From IMG/VR virus record IMGVR_UViG_3300028888_000044, positions 195,539 to 259,538 of that record: a stretch of 64,000 bases of DNA; one strand, given 5' to 3'. Both the position numbers and the translations under genes were made by a program. Positions 51,513 through 61,330 of the stretch are shown here, one piece after another (position 1 is the first letter of the stretch; every line of letters starts with the position of its first letter). The notes beneath the pieces were generated by a model, which had not been told where the DNA came from, ran no database searches, and was given only the letters and a program-made list of their open reading frames with translations. Origin of the DNA: a virus. Its lineage: Duplodnaviria > Heunggongvirae > Uroviricota > Caudoviricetes.

Positions 51513-53777
51513 TTATAATACTCTGAATAATTCTTCTCGTATAATGGATTGAATTCTGTTCATTCTGTTTTCTGATAATTGCGGTCTATATTTATTTCCA
51601 TCCTTGTCAAAGTAATCACTATGATAATGATAAAAAATGTAATTGTTGTTTTCATCGTGTAACAGCTTACGTTTTGGTATACTATACAAGCAAGCTTTAG
51701 TAATATAAGGATTGTCATTAGTCATTGTTCCTTTATAAGTGTAGTAACTTGTAGAAAAATAGTTATTAGGAAACACTGTTTGGTATCTACCACCTTCATC
51801 AAGTTCAATAACAAGTATATTATAATCGCCACCATTAGTATTAATAAATAGAGTAGGCTTATCACTTAATTTTCCACAAATAGGCTGACCGTTAAGTGTA
51901 ATATTTTGTTTTGTTTCCAAATCATATACATAATACAAATCTTCACCTTTAAGCTTATATTTTATAACACCATTGTATCCATTTAAGTTACTAAAATATT
52001 GATGCCCATTAATATTGAAAATAGAATTATCAAATATGTTTTTATAAAAATAACCAAAATCTCTATTATATAACATCACATATTCATCATTTAAAGCATC
52101 TTCCAAACCACGTATTTCTGTATTTTCTGGTAGATTGCTATTAACATTTGAAAATGAATCTGTTACTGTGTTATAAAAATAATGTTCTCCAGCTGATGAA
52201 TCATATACAAGGTGAATTAATTTAGCGCTATCAGCGTTATACTCAATTCTTATATGTCGGTTATAATCAGTCATACTGTTTGGCATATTATATAGAGTTT
52301 TACCAATATACTCGAACCAAACAGCACCTCTTGGTGTTCTTACTGGTTTTAAAGTATCCAATTTAATCAACGCGCATTGACTACCGTTAACTACAACAAT
52401 ACCATATTTACTATCTTTGTTTAGATATTCCAAACTACTTGATATGTCCTTAAATTTAGTTACACCATCAATATTAAGGAATTGATGCCTTCTTTTGTCG
52501 AATATATATATTGGGTCACTATAACTATATAGAGTATAAAAATTATTATGGTCTTTTATATTATACCAAACACGTTTATTTATGAACAAATCTTCAAAGA
52601 AGATTTTTTTTCTATCCATAACAGTGGTCCATTCTTCTTCACCACATTTTAAACGTAAAAAATATGTTCCATTAATCTTGCTGTCATTTTTACTGTCTTC
52701 GTCAAAACAACTAAAACTAAGTCCGAAACCTTCCATACTATTATATCTATCATATACTTCCTTCACACTAGCGCCACCATTAAGAAGCATTTGGATATAT
52801 TTTATATGTCGTAAGGCATTTAATTTATTTTCATATGCTTTGGACCTATCGAAAGAATTTTGTTTTGGTTTATTGGTTTTCCATTGCTCATACGCTCTCT
52901 CCAATACAGAATAGTCGCAACCAATAATATTCAAGAATTCATTTGTTGTGTATGCGTGGTCTGCTTCAGTACCACTTGTACCATCAAGAGTAGAACCGTG
53001 ATTCCACCTAGAAGTAATATATATAGGTTGTGGAGATGAATTACTTTGCAGTACACATATCAATGAATTACCGTATTCGTCATGCGGTTTTTCCTTTGTA
53101 TAACCTTTTCCAACTTGTCTTTTTACTTTTTCATATCCTTGTCTTGCAAATACAACATAATGAATGTTAAGCCTTGATATGTATCCTTTATAGTGCTGCT
53201 CTCCATATGTTATGCACCAAGCTCCAGGCGAAGTTGCGTCTTTGTATTTTGTCGCATCTTCATATGAATAAAGTATTTCATATGTATACTTACCAGCTGT
53301 ATAGTCATCGCTTACAGATGGTTGCTCTACCCCCTTTTTAGGCTTTACATCAATACCCAAAGCCTTATTTATCTTTGAATTATATTTCCTTAACAGCTTA
53401 TCCAAAGGAATATTTCCGAAATCTTCAGTCAATTCCCATTGCGTACCAACGGAATCAATATAAGAATTACGCAATATTTCGATAAGTGTATCCAATCTGT
53501 TACATATTTCTGGAATAAACTTGTCTTTCACCCTTGGGTATAATATATTAATCATTTTGTTCGTGGTAAGATTACCGTTGAAGTAATATATCGCTACGCC
53601 TAGAAGGTAAAAGTTGCTATGCAGTGAAAGATTATGTATGTTAGCTTCGTTTACAAACTTTGTTAAAAGTATGTTCTTCAATTGGCTAATAGAAACATTT
53701 ATCCCACGCTTTTGCAAGAGAGGCATGAACCTTTCCAAAGCTTTATCTCTAACACCTTCAATCAATAAATTTTTCAT
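51513..53777 (-). CDS. divergent single-module paralog of the RWNH-core family
   Basis: WCITY...PHDEYGNSLI...TSRWNHG; N-terminal LLIEG, C-terminal IIREEL. Confidence 0.8.
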   Translation of the reverse strand: MKNLLIEGVRDKALERFMPLLQKRGINVSISQLKNILLTKFVNEANIHNLSLHSNFYLLGVAIYYFNGNLTTNKMINILYPRVKDKFIPEICNRLDTLIEILRNSYIDSVGTQWELTEDFGNIPLDKLLRKYNSKINKALGIDVKPKKGVEQPSVSDDYTAGKYTYEILYSYEDATKYKDATSPGAWCITYGEQHYKGYISRLNIHYVVFARQGYEKVKRQVGKGYTKEKPHDEYGNSLICVLQSNSSPQPIYITSRWNHGSTLDGTSGTEADHAYTTNEFLNIIGCDYSVLERAYEQWKTNKPKQNSFDRSKAYENKLNALRHIKYIQMLLNGGASVKEVYDRYNSMEGFGLSFSCFDEDSKNDSKINGTYFLRLKCGEEEWTTVMDRKKIFFEDLFINKRVWYNIKDHNNFYTLYSYSDPIYIFDKRRHQFLNIDGVTKFKDISSSLEYLNKDSKYGIVVVNGSQCALIKLDTLKPVRTPRGAVWFEYIGKTLYNMPNSMTDYNRHIRIEYNADSAKLIHLVYDSSAGEHYFYNTVTDSFSNVNSNLPENTEIRGLEDALNDEYVMLYNRDFGYFYKNIFDNSIFNINGHQYFSNLNGYNGVIKYKLKGEDLYYVYDLETKQNITLNGQPICGKLSDKPTLFINTNGGDYNILVIELDEGGRYQTVFPNNYFSTSYYTYKGTMTNDNPYITKACLYSIPKRKLLHDENNNYIFYHYHSDYFDKDGNKYRPQLSENRMNRIQSIIREELFRVL

Positions 53778-53938
53778 ATAAAAATTACATTATAATATAT
53801 TATAAATATTTACATCAAATGTAATGTAAGTAAAAAAAAGAATAAGTACAGTCATTTTTATAAAAAAAAAGATTGTGCTTATTTGTTTTTTAACTTTTTT
53901 TTATATATACTTGATTTAGTTAAACGATTTTATTATCT

Positions 53939-54190
53939 ATGACGGATAAGAACTTATTTGAAGCAATAATGACCTTGGATGATTTACCAAAAGATGATAG
54001 GCTGTTGACCACATTGGCAACAGTTATGAAATATGGCAAGGTTGAATTGAAAAGTGATGATAAGGGTCAAGTTTATTATCAGATGCATATAAATGAATTG
54101 CTTGAAAAAGACATACCTCAAGAGGATATATACAAGATTAGAGGAAATGGATGGAAAATTCAAGGCGATTTAATAGTGAAATATTTATAA
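53939..54190 (+). CDS. hypothetical protein
   Basis: ORF track. Confidence 0.65.
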   Translation: MTDKNLFEAIMTLDDLPKDDRLLTTLATVMKYGKVELKSDDKGQVYYQMHINELLEKDIPQEDIYKIRGNGWKIQGDLIVKYL

Positions 54191-54226
54191 GTTTTTAGAA
54201 AATAACTGTTTTTTATTTATATTTTT

Positions 54227-54739
54227 ATGGGATTAAATGTACATTTTGTAGGTAGATTAGGCAGAGATGCCGAGAAGCACGAAAGCAAAACACCAGGAGT
54301 GTTTTTTGCTACATACACAATCGCAGTAGACGATTTTAATGTTGAAACGAAACAGAATGAGACTGTATGGGTAAGGGTTGTCGATTGGTCTGATAGGACA
54401 TTGAATATGCTTCAATATCTTAAGAAGGGAACATTGCTATATGTTCAAGGTTCTTTGAAGACAAGTATGTATCAAGGCAAGAACGGAATTCAAATAAGCA
54501 ATGATGTAAGGGCTTATTTTTGGGATTTCGTAAGAAGTGGAAAGAGGGAGGATGACACAGCTTCAGCACAGCCGCAGCAGCAAGCACAAGCTGCACCGAC
54601 ACAAGCCATAACACAACCTCAAGTAGCCCCACAAGTTGCTCAACCAACAATTCCTACTACTGGAATGTTTATGCCACCAAAGGCGGTTGATACAGCAACA
54701 GTTGCAGCAAATTCGAGTGTTGACGATTTACCATTCTAA
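54227..54739 (+). CDS. ssb: single-stranded DNA-binding protein
   Basis: VGRLGRDAE, YLKKGT..YVQGSL, Q/P-rich linker, DDLPF tail. Confidence 0.93.
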   Translation: MGLNVHFVGRLGRDAEKHESKTPGVFFATYTIAVDDFNVETKQNETVWVRVVDWSDRTLNMLQYLKKGTLLYVQGSLKTSMYQGKNGIQISNDVRAYFWDFVRSGKREDDTASAQPQQQAQAAPTQAITQPQVAPQVAQPTIPTTGMFMPPKAVDTATVAANSSVDDLPF

Positions 54740-55350
54740 TGACAATGGTTAGTTTTTCAGCTAAAGATTTGTGTACAAGGTCTTGTATGCAAATCAAGAT
54801 GTTCAATGAACATCCAGAGAAACGTCCAATTCCTAATCTAAACATTAGGATGGGCGAGGATTTTCAGCGTAAAGTTGCGAATCAGACATCTGACGTTATT
54901 GGTGAGGAAATGCGTGGTACGTTTATTAAGAATGATATTTGCATAAATTTCAGTAATGATATTGTAACCAAAAATTCAATCATTGAAGTTAAGTCTGTTA
55001 ATGGAAGTGTAGAGGATTGGTATTTCAACTCATCAGTTGTACAATGTGCAATTTACAGTGCATTGCTTCAAAAGTCAGATGGGTGTCTTGTGACATCTAT
55101 GTTCTTTACTGAATTGGGTAATCCTATGATTAGAACAAGGGTTAATCCACGAATCGGATATTACTTGAGATTCGGTGATGAAATGTATAGAATCAATGTT
55201 CTTAACGCAGATAAAATAGTTGATTTTATTGTAGATAAGGCAAAACATTGCTTATCTTGGGATTCAGCCAAGGAATTTGATAATATGTATAAACGTAAGG
55301 AATACCAGATATTAAGCAAATATTTTAATGTTGAAAAAGTTTGGCATTGA
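54739..55350 (+). CDS. putative PD-(D/E)xK nuclease
   Basis: ND...IEVK...QCAIY pattern. Confidence 0.5.
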   Translation: MTMVSFSAKDLCTRSCMQIKMFNEHPEKRPIPNLNIRMGEDFQRKVANQTSDVIGEEMRGTFIKNDICINFSNDIVTKNSIIEVKSVNGSVEDWYFNSSVVQCAIYSALLQKSDGCLVTSMFFTELGNPMIRTRVNPRIGYYLRFGDEMYRINVLNADKIVDFIVDKAKHCLSWDSAKEFDNMYKRKEYQILSKYFNVEKVWH

Positions 55351-55380
55351 CATACAATTTGTCTAAATGAAAGAGCATAA

Positions 55381-55494
55381 TATTCTTGCGGAGGTGAAGG
55401 GCTGCAAGAATAGCATATATTAGAAATATATCGGATTGCAGTCATAGTACCCACACTTCACAATATGGTAAATAGACTGTAAGCCGCTTTTTTT
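55381..55494 (+). promoter_or_regulatory. structured leader/attenuator (two hairpins with complementary loops, T-run)
   Basis: TATTCTTGC/GCAAGAATA; CGGATTGCAGTC/GACTGTAAGCCG; loops GTGAAG and CTTCAC. Confidence 0.5.
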
Positions 55495-55511
55495 ATGAAG
55501 ATTATTTTTTT

Positions 55512-57449
55512 ATGATAGTTAAAAGAGAACCAAAAGGTGACACCAAAGAGGCAGTAAAACTTTCGAAGTTTTTCTCAAACAAGGATAACACGGTTTATCC
55601 GATTCAATCTGACCTACAGCGAAGATACTGCTGGCCGTCAACGCATATTGACAAGTTTTTCAAGGACTATATTGTTGACCTTTATGCAAAGAACGAAGAA
55701 GCAGACGAAAACGGTGAAGACGGTTTTTTTGCTAGAATTGGTGATGCAATTTTGACAAGAGTTGAAGACAACTATGGTTTTGACCATAAATGTAAAAAAC
55801 AAGAGGTCATAGACATGTCGCAAAGAATCACAACGATAATGGCGTTTATCGTTGTAATGCTTTTTCTTCATATGAAGAACAAAGGGATAGAATTGGAGGA
55901 AGAAAGAAGGGAAATTTACGACAAATACCTTAAAACAAAAAACGGTCTTTCTTACAAAGTAATTTCAACTTTTAAGGATAGCGATTTCTCTGAAGTTATA
56001 GAAGACTGTATAAAAAATGCATTCAAAACGAATGACAAATCAATCAAAGCGCTTACAAAGTGTTTCAATGAAAGCAACATTAAGAAAAACGAAGTTAGAT
56101 ATAAGCCATTTAGGTCTATTTGTGCTTATGTTTATTTGTTGATTGATTCTACGATTGGGGTTGATAGCGATACCATTATAGAGAGACTTGATTTGTTTCT
56201 GGAAAAAACATACATCCAAGTTGAAGAGTGCGAGAAGGAAGACAGGGTGGAGAAATTCAGAGAAGTAAACACTTATAGAGTCGGCATTGCTAATAAAGAT
56301 ATTTACAAAACCCTACTTTGCGCAAAAGGTGACAGAATTGATTCAAAATTTCAAGATTTTGAAGATAAGATTAAGGCAATAAATGAGCCAAAAAGGATTA
56401 ACATCTTGAAAACACCAATCACCGTAACCGAATACATAATGAAAATAGCTCTTATTGTGATGGATGACACAAGGGAAACTTGTAAGTTCACTTTTTCTTT
56501 GGAAGATGAGAAAAACGGTCTTGTCTATCATATTAACAACGGTTTGCTTAATACTGAGGACAAGATATTGAAATATCTTGATATATGTATAGATGTTTGT
56601 GATTTCTTGTCAGAATCTATGGAATACAAGCAAGAAGGTTTTAACGAAGATTGGTATTTGCTTACTGAAAACCACACAAGACAGTTTATATGGCTATACA
56701 ATATTTTGCCAGCTTACGGAATATCCCTTCTTAAGGATGATGAAAAAAAGTCGTTTGCTTTTGAAATGCTTTTGAAGTCGTTTACGGTGTATTCCATAAA
56801 ATATTCGACAAACAGAAGCGTTCAATACATACAAACCTACATGTATTTGTTTGCAAAAGAGATTTTGGAAAAGGGAGATGATAGTTATTGTTTGGAAGAC
56901 TTCAAATCTGGTATTGAACACATTTACAATGAAACATTTGGGGATTTCATAAGTAGAGAACTTACGAGAACAATAAAAAGGCTTGATTATTCTCAAGCTT
57001 CTTGTAAGTCTGGTATTTACGCCATTCTTTCTTGCATTGAATATCTTGCTCAAAAACAGTGTGGGAAAAAAAGGGATAATTTATATCGACTAACGAAGAA
57101 AAACGAGATTGAAATAGACCACATACTTCCACAAAACAAGGAAAATGAGAACAACGAAACCTTTATTGATTCAATTGGAAACTTAACATTCTTGGAAAAG
57201 GTTCTTAATGCCTCCAAGCAAGATGATGAGACTTCTACATCTGATAGATATGGGGATTCATCATTTATCTCTACGAAGCTTATGGTTGACGGAAATAGGT
57301 ATGAAGGACTCACTGCGCAGCAAATAGATTCTGTTCGTGAAAATGTTATCCCATTTTCTGCTGATAGAGAATCGATAAACAATTTTGAGGATAGAATTCA
57401 GCACAGAAGCAATGAAATTGCTCGTAGAATTAAAGAGTTCTTGAACTAA
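55512..57449 (+). CDS. DUF262-DUF1524 (GmrSD-like) nuclease
   Basis: QRRYCW, IDMSQRITT (DGQQR variant), FREVN, EIDHILPQ, GNLTFL..N. Confidence 0.75.
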   Translation: MIVKREPKGDTKEAVKLSKFFSNKDNTVYPIQSDLQRRYCWPSTHIDKFFKDYIVDLYAKNEEADENGEDGFFARIGDAILTRVEDNYGFDHKCKKQEVIDMSQRITTIMAFIVVMLFLHMKNKGIELEEERREIYDKYLKTKNGLSYKVISTFKDSDFSEVIEDCIKNAFKTNDKSIKALTKCFNESNIKKNEVRYKPFRSICAYVYLLIDSTIGVDSDTIIERLDLFLEKTYIQVEECEKEDRVEKFREVNTYRVGIANKDIYKTLLCAKGDRIDSKFQDFEDKIKAINEPKRINILKTPITVTEYIMKIALIVMDDTRETCKFTFSLEDEKNGLVYHINNGLLNTEDKILKYLDICIDVCDFLSESMEYKQEGFNEDWYLLTENHTRQFIWLYNILPAYGISLLKDDEKKSFAFEMLLKSFTVYSIKYSTNRSVQYIQTYMYLFAKEILEKGDDSYCLEDFKSGIEHIYNETFGDFISRELTRTIKRLDYSQASCKSGIYAILSCIEYLAQKQCGKKRDNLYRLTKKNEIEIDHILPQNKENENNETFIDSIGNLTFLEKVLNASKQDDETSTSDRYGDSSFISTKLMVDGNRYEGLTAQQIDSVRENVIPFSADRESINNFEDRIQHRSNEIARRIKEFLN

Positions 57450-57454
57450 AAATA

Positions 57455-58597
57455 ATGAAGAATAAGACCAAAGAAAAATTGAAACCTTTAATAAAATATC
57501 CTGGTGGAAAATACAAAGAGTATGAAAAGATAAAACAGTTTTTTCCTAAAGAAATTAACAACTATTACGAGCCGTTTTTTGGTGGAGGTGGCGTGTTTTT
57601 TAGGCTTAAAAACGAAAACAAAATTCAAGGTAAAAGTGCCATAAACGATTTCTCGAAAAGTCTTATTGACTTCTACAAATCTGTTTCTAGCGACACATTT
57701 GGCGTGGAATTAAGTAAAATATCAAATGCTTGGGATTTCATTAGGAATCTTGGGGAAGATATTCATGACAAATTTCATGAAAGATTTGGAGAATTATTGT
57801 CAACAAAGGAGCTTACACCATTTGTGACAGAAGAAATGTCGAGATATATTGTTAATCGTTTATCTGAAAATGAATGGTATACTCATGGGTTTTCCCTTTC
57901 CAATAAAATAGAGAAATCGCTAAACGATAAACTAAGAAGATTCCAAAAAATTAACATAACAGATGATGTAGTAACCGTAATACACAAGTGTATAACAACA
58001 AGCGTTTGCCAAGCGTTTTATTTCATCGTTAGGGATATGTACAATGATTGGAACAATCATGGGCATGAAAACGAGTACACAATGGATGAAAGAAGTGCCC
58101 AATGGGTGTTTATTCGTGAATTTTGTTTTGGCTCTATGTTTAGATTTGGTCCTGACGGAGATTTCAACATTCCATATGGAGGATATAGTTACAATTCAAA
58201 ATGTTTCACATGTAAAATAGAAAATATTACATCAGAAGATGTAAAAAAGACATTTTCTGAACTTGACATAAAATGTGGGGATTTTGAAGATGCTATGGAT
58301 ATATGGGTATATTCAGAAAACGATTTTATGTTTCTTGACCCACCTTATGATTCAACATTTACTGATTATGATGACAATTCATTCGGTAAAAAAGAACATA
58401 TCAGACTCGCAAATTGTCTTAAGAATTGTAAATGCAAATGGCTTATCACAATAGGTAAAACAGATTTCATATACGAACTTTATAAGGATTATAACATTGT
58501 TGAATACGACAAAACATATATGTATCAAGCAAGAGGAGAATATGATAATAAGCATACTACTCACCTTGTTATAACAAACTATCCGTTAGAGGCGTAA
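57455..58597 (+). CDS. D12-class (Dam-like) DNA adenine methyltransferase
   Basis: KYPGGK, EPFFGGG, FNIPYG, LDPPY, ITNY. Confidence 0.9.
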   Translation: MKNKTKEKLKPLIKYPGGKYKEYEKIKQFFPKEINNYYEPFFGGGGVFFRLKNENKIQGKSAINDFSKSLIDFYKSVSSDTFGVELSKISNAWDFIRNLGEDIHDKFHERFGELLSTKELTPFVTEEMSRYIVNRLSENEWYTHGFSLSNKIEKSLNDKLRRFQKINITDDVVTVIHKCITTSVCQAFYFIVRDMYNDWNNHGHENEYTMDERSAQWVFIREFCFGSMFRFGPDGDFNIPYGGYSYNSKCFTCKIENITSEDVKKTFSELDIKCGDFEDAMDIWVYSENDFMFLDPPYDSTFTDYDDNSFGKKEHIRLANCLKNCKCKWLITIGKTDFIYELYKDYNIVEYDKTYMYQARGEYDNKHTTHLVITNYPLEA

Positions 58598-58641
58598 AAA
58601 TGTAAAATTTTATTAAGATTAACAAATTTTAACGAGATATT

Positions 58642-58673
58642 GTTGCATATCTCGTTTTTTTATTATAACTTTG
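58642..58673 (+). promoter_or_regulatory. Bacteroidota-type promoter overlapping a terminator hairpin
   Basis: gTTG-N20-TAACTTTG; hairpin AACGAGATAT/ATATCTCGTT. Confidence 0.65.
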
Positions 58674-58702
58674 CATTGAATAAATGTAAAAACTCACAAA
58701 TT

Positions 58703-59977
58703 ATGGATACATTTGAAAGCATTAAGGCAGAAGGTAGATTACTGTATTTAGCAGTTGGTGGAAGTACTTCGCAAGGAACCGCTATCGAAGGTGTGTCAGA
58801 TAAGGACTATTTCGGAGTATATATTGCGAGGGAAAAAGATTTGCTTGGTCTTCAGAGATTTTTTGTAGACGAGGTAAGTGATTCAAGGCACGACATCGCG
58901 TGGTACGAGATTGGTAAGTTTATGGAAATGGTAATCAAATCCAATCCAACTGTTCTGTCGATGCTTTTCGTTGATGATGAATTCATTGAATATGAACATC
59001 CGTTGTTCACCGAAATCAAGTCACACAGACAAGAATTCGTTACAAAGGATTGCTTCGGTGCGTTCATTGGATATGCCGTTGAGCAAATCAAGAAGGCTAG
59101 GGGTTTGAACAAGAAGATTGTTGAACAGCCCATTACAAAGCACTTGGAACCCATCGATTTTTGTTATACCTTTTTCAACCAAGGTAGTACACAGATTGTT
59201 AGATGGCTTAATCATAGGAATATGAAGCAAGAATATTGTGGTCTTGTAAAGATTCCTCATATGAGGGATGCATATGGCGTATACTATGATTTTGGTGCAC
59301 ATGTAGCCAACAATCCTAATTGGAGAAATGATTGCTACTTTATTGCTTTTGTAAAGGACTATTTGGGTACTGAAAGTGACGAAGAGGCAATTGGTTTCTT
59401 GTCAAATGCAAAGGTATTGCATTATCGTGGTATTGTCGGAAATGAGGATATTCATATCGAGAACTTTGTCGGTAAGCCTAAGATTTTTGATGTTAGGTTA
59501 TCTTCTATTGATGACAAGGACGAGAAACCAATCTGTTATATGGAATATAATCAGAGTGGCTATACTGACCATTGCAAGAAGTACAAGGAATATCAAGAGT
59601 GGGTAGTCAATAGAAACCCAGTACGTTTCAAGGAAAACAAGGAGAAGGAGTTTGACCGCAAGAACATTGCCCATTGCATTCGCTTGCTTCATATGGGAAT
59701 TGAGATTGCTACAAGTGGAGAGGTTCACGTTAACAGAACCAATATTGACAGAGATTTTATCCTTAACGTTCGTTTGGGCAATACACAGTATGATACAATC
59801 ATTAAGTACGTTGAGGATAAGATGATTGAAATGCAGTCTGTTATGGAAAAGTCTCCGTTGACTGAACATGTTGACCAACAGTTGGTGAATCATCTACTCA
59901 TTGAATTGCGCAATAAGTTTTATCATCAAACATTTGGTGCGTTTACTTGTGGCGTAGGAAAGTTTAATAGTTTTTAA
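58703..59977 (+). CDS. Pol-beta-superfamily nucleotidyltransferase (RlaP/YcgL-like)
   Basis: GGSTSQG...SDKD, NPT, GYA..Q, K...H..RL. Confidence 0.8.
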   Translation: MDTFESIKAEGRLLYLAVGGSTSQGTAIEGVSDKDYFGVYIAREKDLLGLQRFFVDEVSDSRHDIAWYEIGKFMEMVIKSNPTVLSMLFVDDEFIEYEHPLFTEIKSHRQEFVTKDCFGAFIGYAVEQIKKARGLNKKIVEQPITKHLEPIDFCYTFFNQGSTQIVRWLNHRNMKQEYCGLVKIPHMRDAYGVYYDFGAHVANNPNWRNDCYFIAFVKDYLGTESDEEAIGFLSNAKVLHYRGIVGNEDIHIENFVGKPKIFDVRLSSIDDKDEKPICYMEYNQSGYTDHCKKYKEYQEWVVNRNPVRFKENKEKEFDRKNIAHCIRLLHMGIEIATSGEVHVNRTNIDRDFILNVRLGNTQYDTIIKYVEDKMIEMQSVMEKSPLTEHVDQQLVNHLLIELRNKFYHQTFGAFTCGVGKFNSF

Positions 59978-60051
59978 CATTTTAAATTTCTGTATTTGAT
60001 TTGAGAATTATATAATCACGGTATTATTTAACATTTTACTATTGAAATTTT

Positions 60052-61269
60052 ATGACACAAAGGAAAACCACAACAAAAGTTATTGATGCAGAAGTATTGA
60101 ATGAGGATGGGATTAAGATGCCAAGACCAAACGTAAGGCGCAAGACTACACCATCCACTTCAAGTGGCTCTCGTTCTGTCAATGTTGTCAACAAGAATGG
60201 AGAAGTTGACATTTCGCTTCTTTCAAGCGAGGAAAGGAACAAGTATGTTAGCCGATTAAAGGATGTAACACCACAAGACCAATCAAGCATTATTCATATT
60301 GGTGCTGAAACACAACGAAGCATCGGTAGCACTGGTAAGGCTTTCTTGGAGAAGACAAGGACTTCTCAGACTGGTCAGCTTAGCAACCTTATCGAGTCAA
60401 TGGTAAACGAACTAATTGACAAGGTTGGTATTGATGACTTGAATGTTGATGACAACCGTCTGTTGACAATGCTACAGAAGATTCCTATTATCGGAACTCT
60501 CATCAAGACACCAATCCAAAAGGTGAAGCAGAGGTATGAGACACTTCAAGATTCCTTTAACAGCATTACAAATGGTGTATATGGAATCATCAAGCGTTGT
60601 ATTGCCGACAACAACTACCTTAGTGAAATGAAGTCGGCTACCATTGAATATCTCAAAGACCTTGATGAAGAAATTGTAGCACTAACAATTAAGATTGAGG
60701 ATTCACAAGCAGAAAGGGATGCAATGGACCCAGAAATGGTTGACGATAATGAGATTGCAGATATGGATAATTTCATTACCAACCTTGAGTCCAAGCTTGT
60801 CGATTTGAAAGCTGCTCGTGTTGTCGCAAAGGAAAACGTCAAGTTGATGGGTAGCATTATTAACGGAAATGTCAAGTCGGCAACAAATTCGCAGAGCATC
60901 ATCAACATTACACTTCCAGCTCTTGAACAGCGTATGGCACTTGCAGTTGCGATTGATAATCAGCGAAGAGGTATCGAGGCTCAAGCAGTTATCCGCAAGA
61001 AGAATGGTGAACTTATTGAAGCCACTACCAAGCAAGCAACTGAAAATCTCATTGCCATTGAAGAGCTTGTTGGTCATTCTGCAATTGATGTTGAGGCTCT
61101 TCAGAGGTCTCAAGAGCAGTTCCAACGTTCGATTGAAAAAATCAATCAGATTCGTGCTCAAATGAAAGAGAATCGCACAAAGGAGCTTGAAATTTGTGAA
61201 CAGCTTGACCAGAAAATCAGTGAGTTGTATAGTGGTCAGTCAACTAACAGCAGTCTACTTACAATGTAA
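60052..61269 (+). CDS. TelA-like toxic anion resistance protein
   Basis: All-helical; IIHIGAETQ, KIPIIG, IINITLP, AIDVEAL pattern. Confidence 0.65.
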   Translation: MTQRKTTTKVIDAEVLNEDGIKMPRPNVRRKTTPSTSSGSRSVNVVNKNGEVDISLLSSEERNKYVSRLKDVTPQDQSSIIHIGAETQRSIGSTGKAFLEKTRTSQTGQLSNLIESMVNELIDKVGIDDLNVDDNRLLTMLQKIPIIGTLIKTPIQKVKQRYETLQDSFNSITNGVYGIIKRCIADNNYLSEMKSATIEYLKDLDEEIVALTIKIEDSQAERDAMDPEMVDDNEIADMDNFITNLESKLVDLKAARVVAKENVKLMGSIINGNVKSATNSQSIINITLPALEQRMALAVAIDNQRRGIEAQAVIRKKNGELIEATTKQATENLIAIEELVGHSAIDVEALQRSQEQFQRSIEKINQIRAQMKENRTKELEICEQLDQKISELYSGQSTNSSLLTM

Positions 61270-61330
61270 ATATCAAATTAGGCAGTAGTGGGGGAAAACC
61301 TTGCTACTGCTATTAAAACAAGTTAAAATA

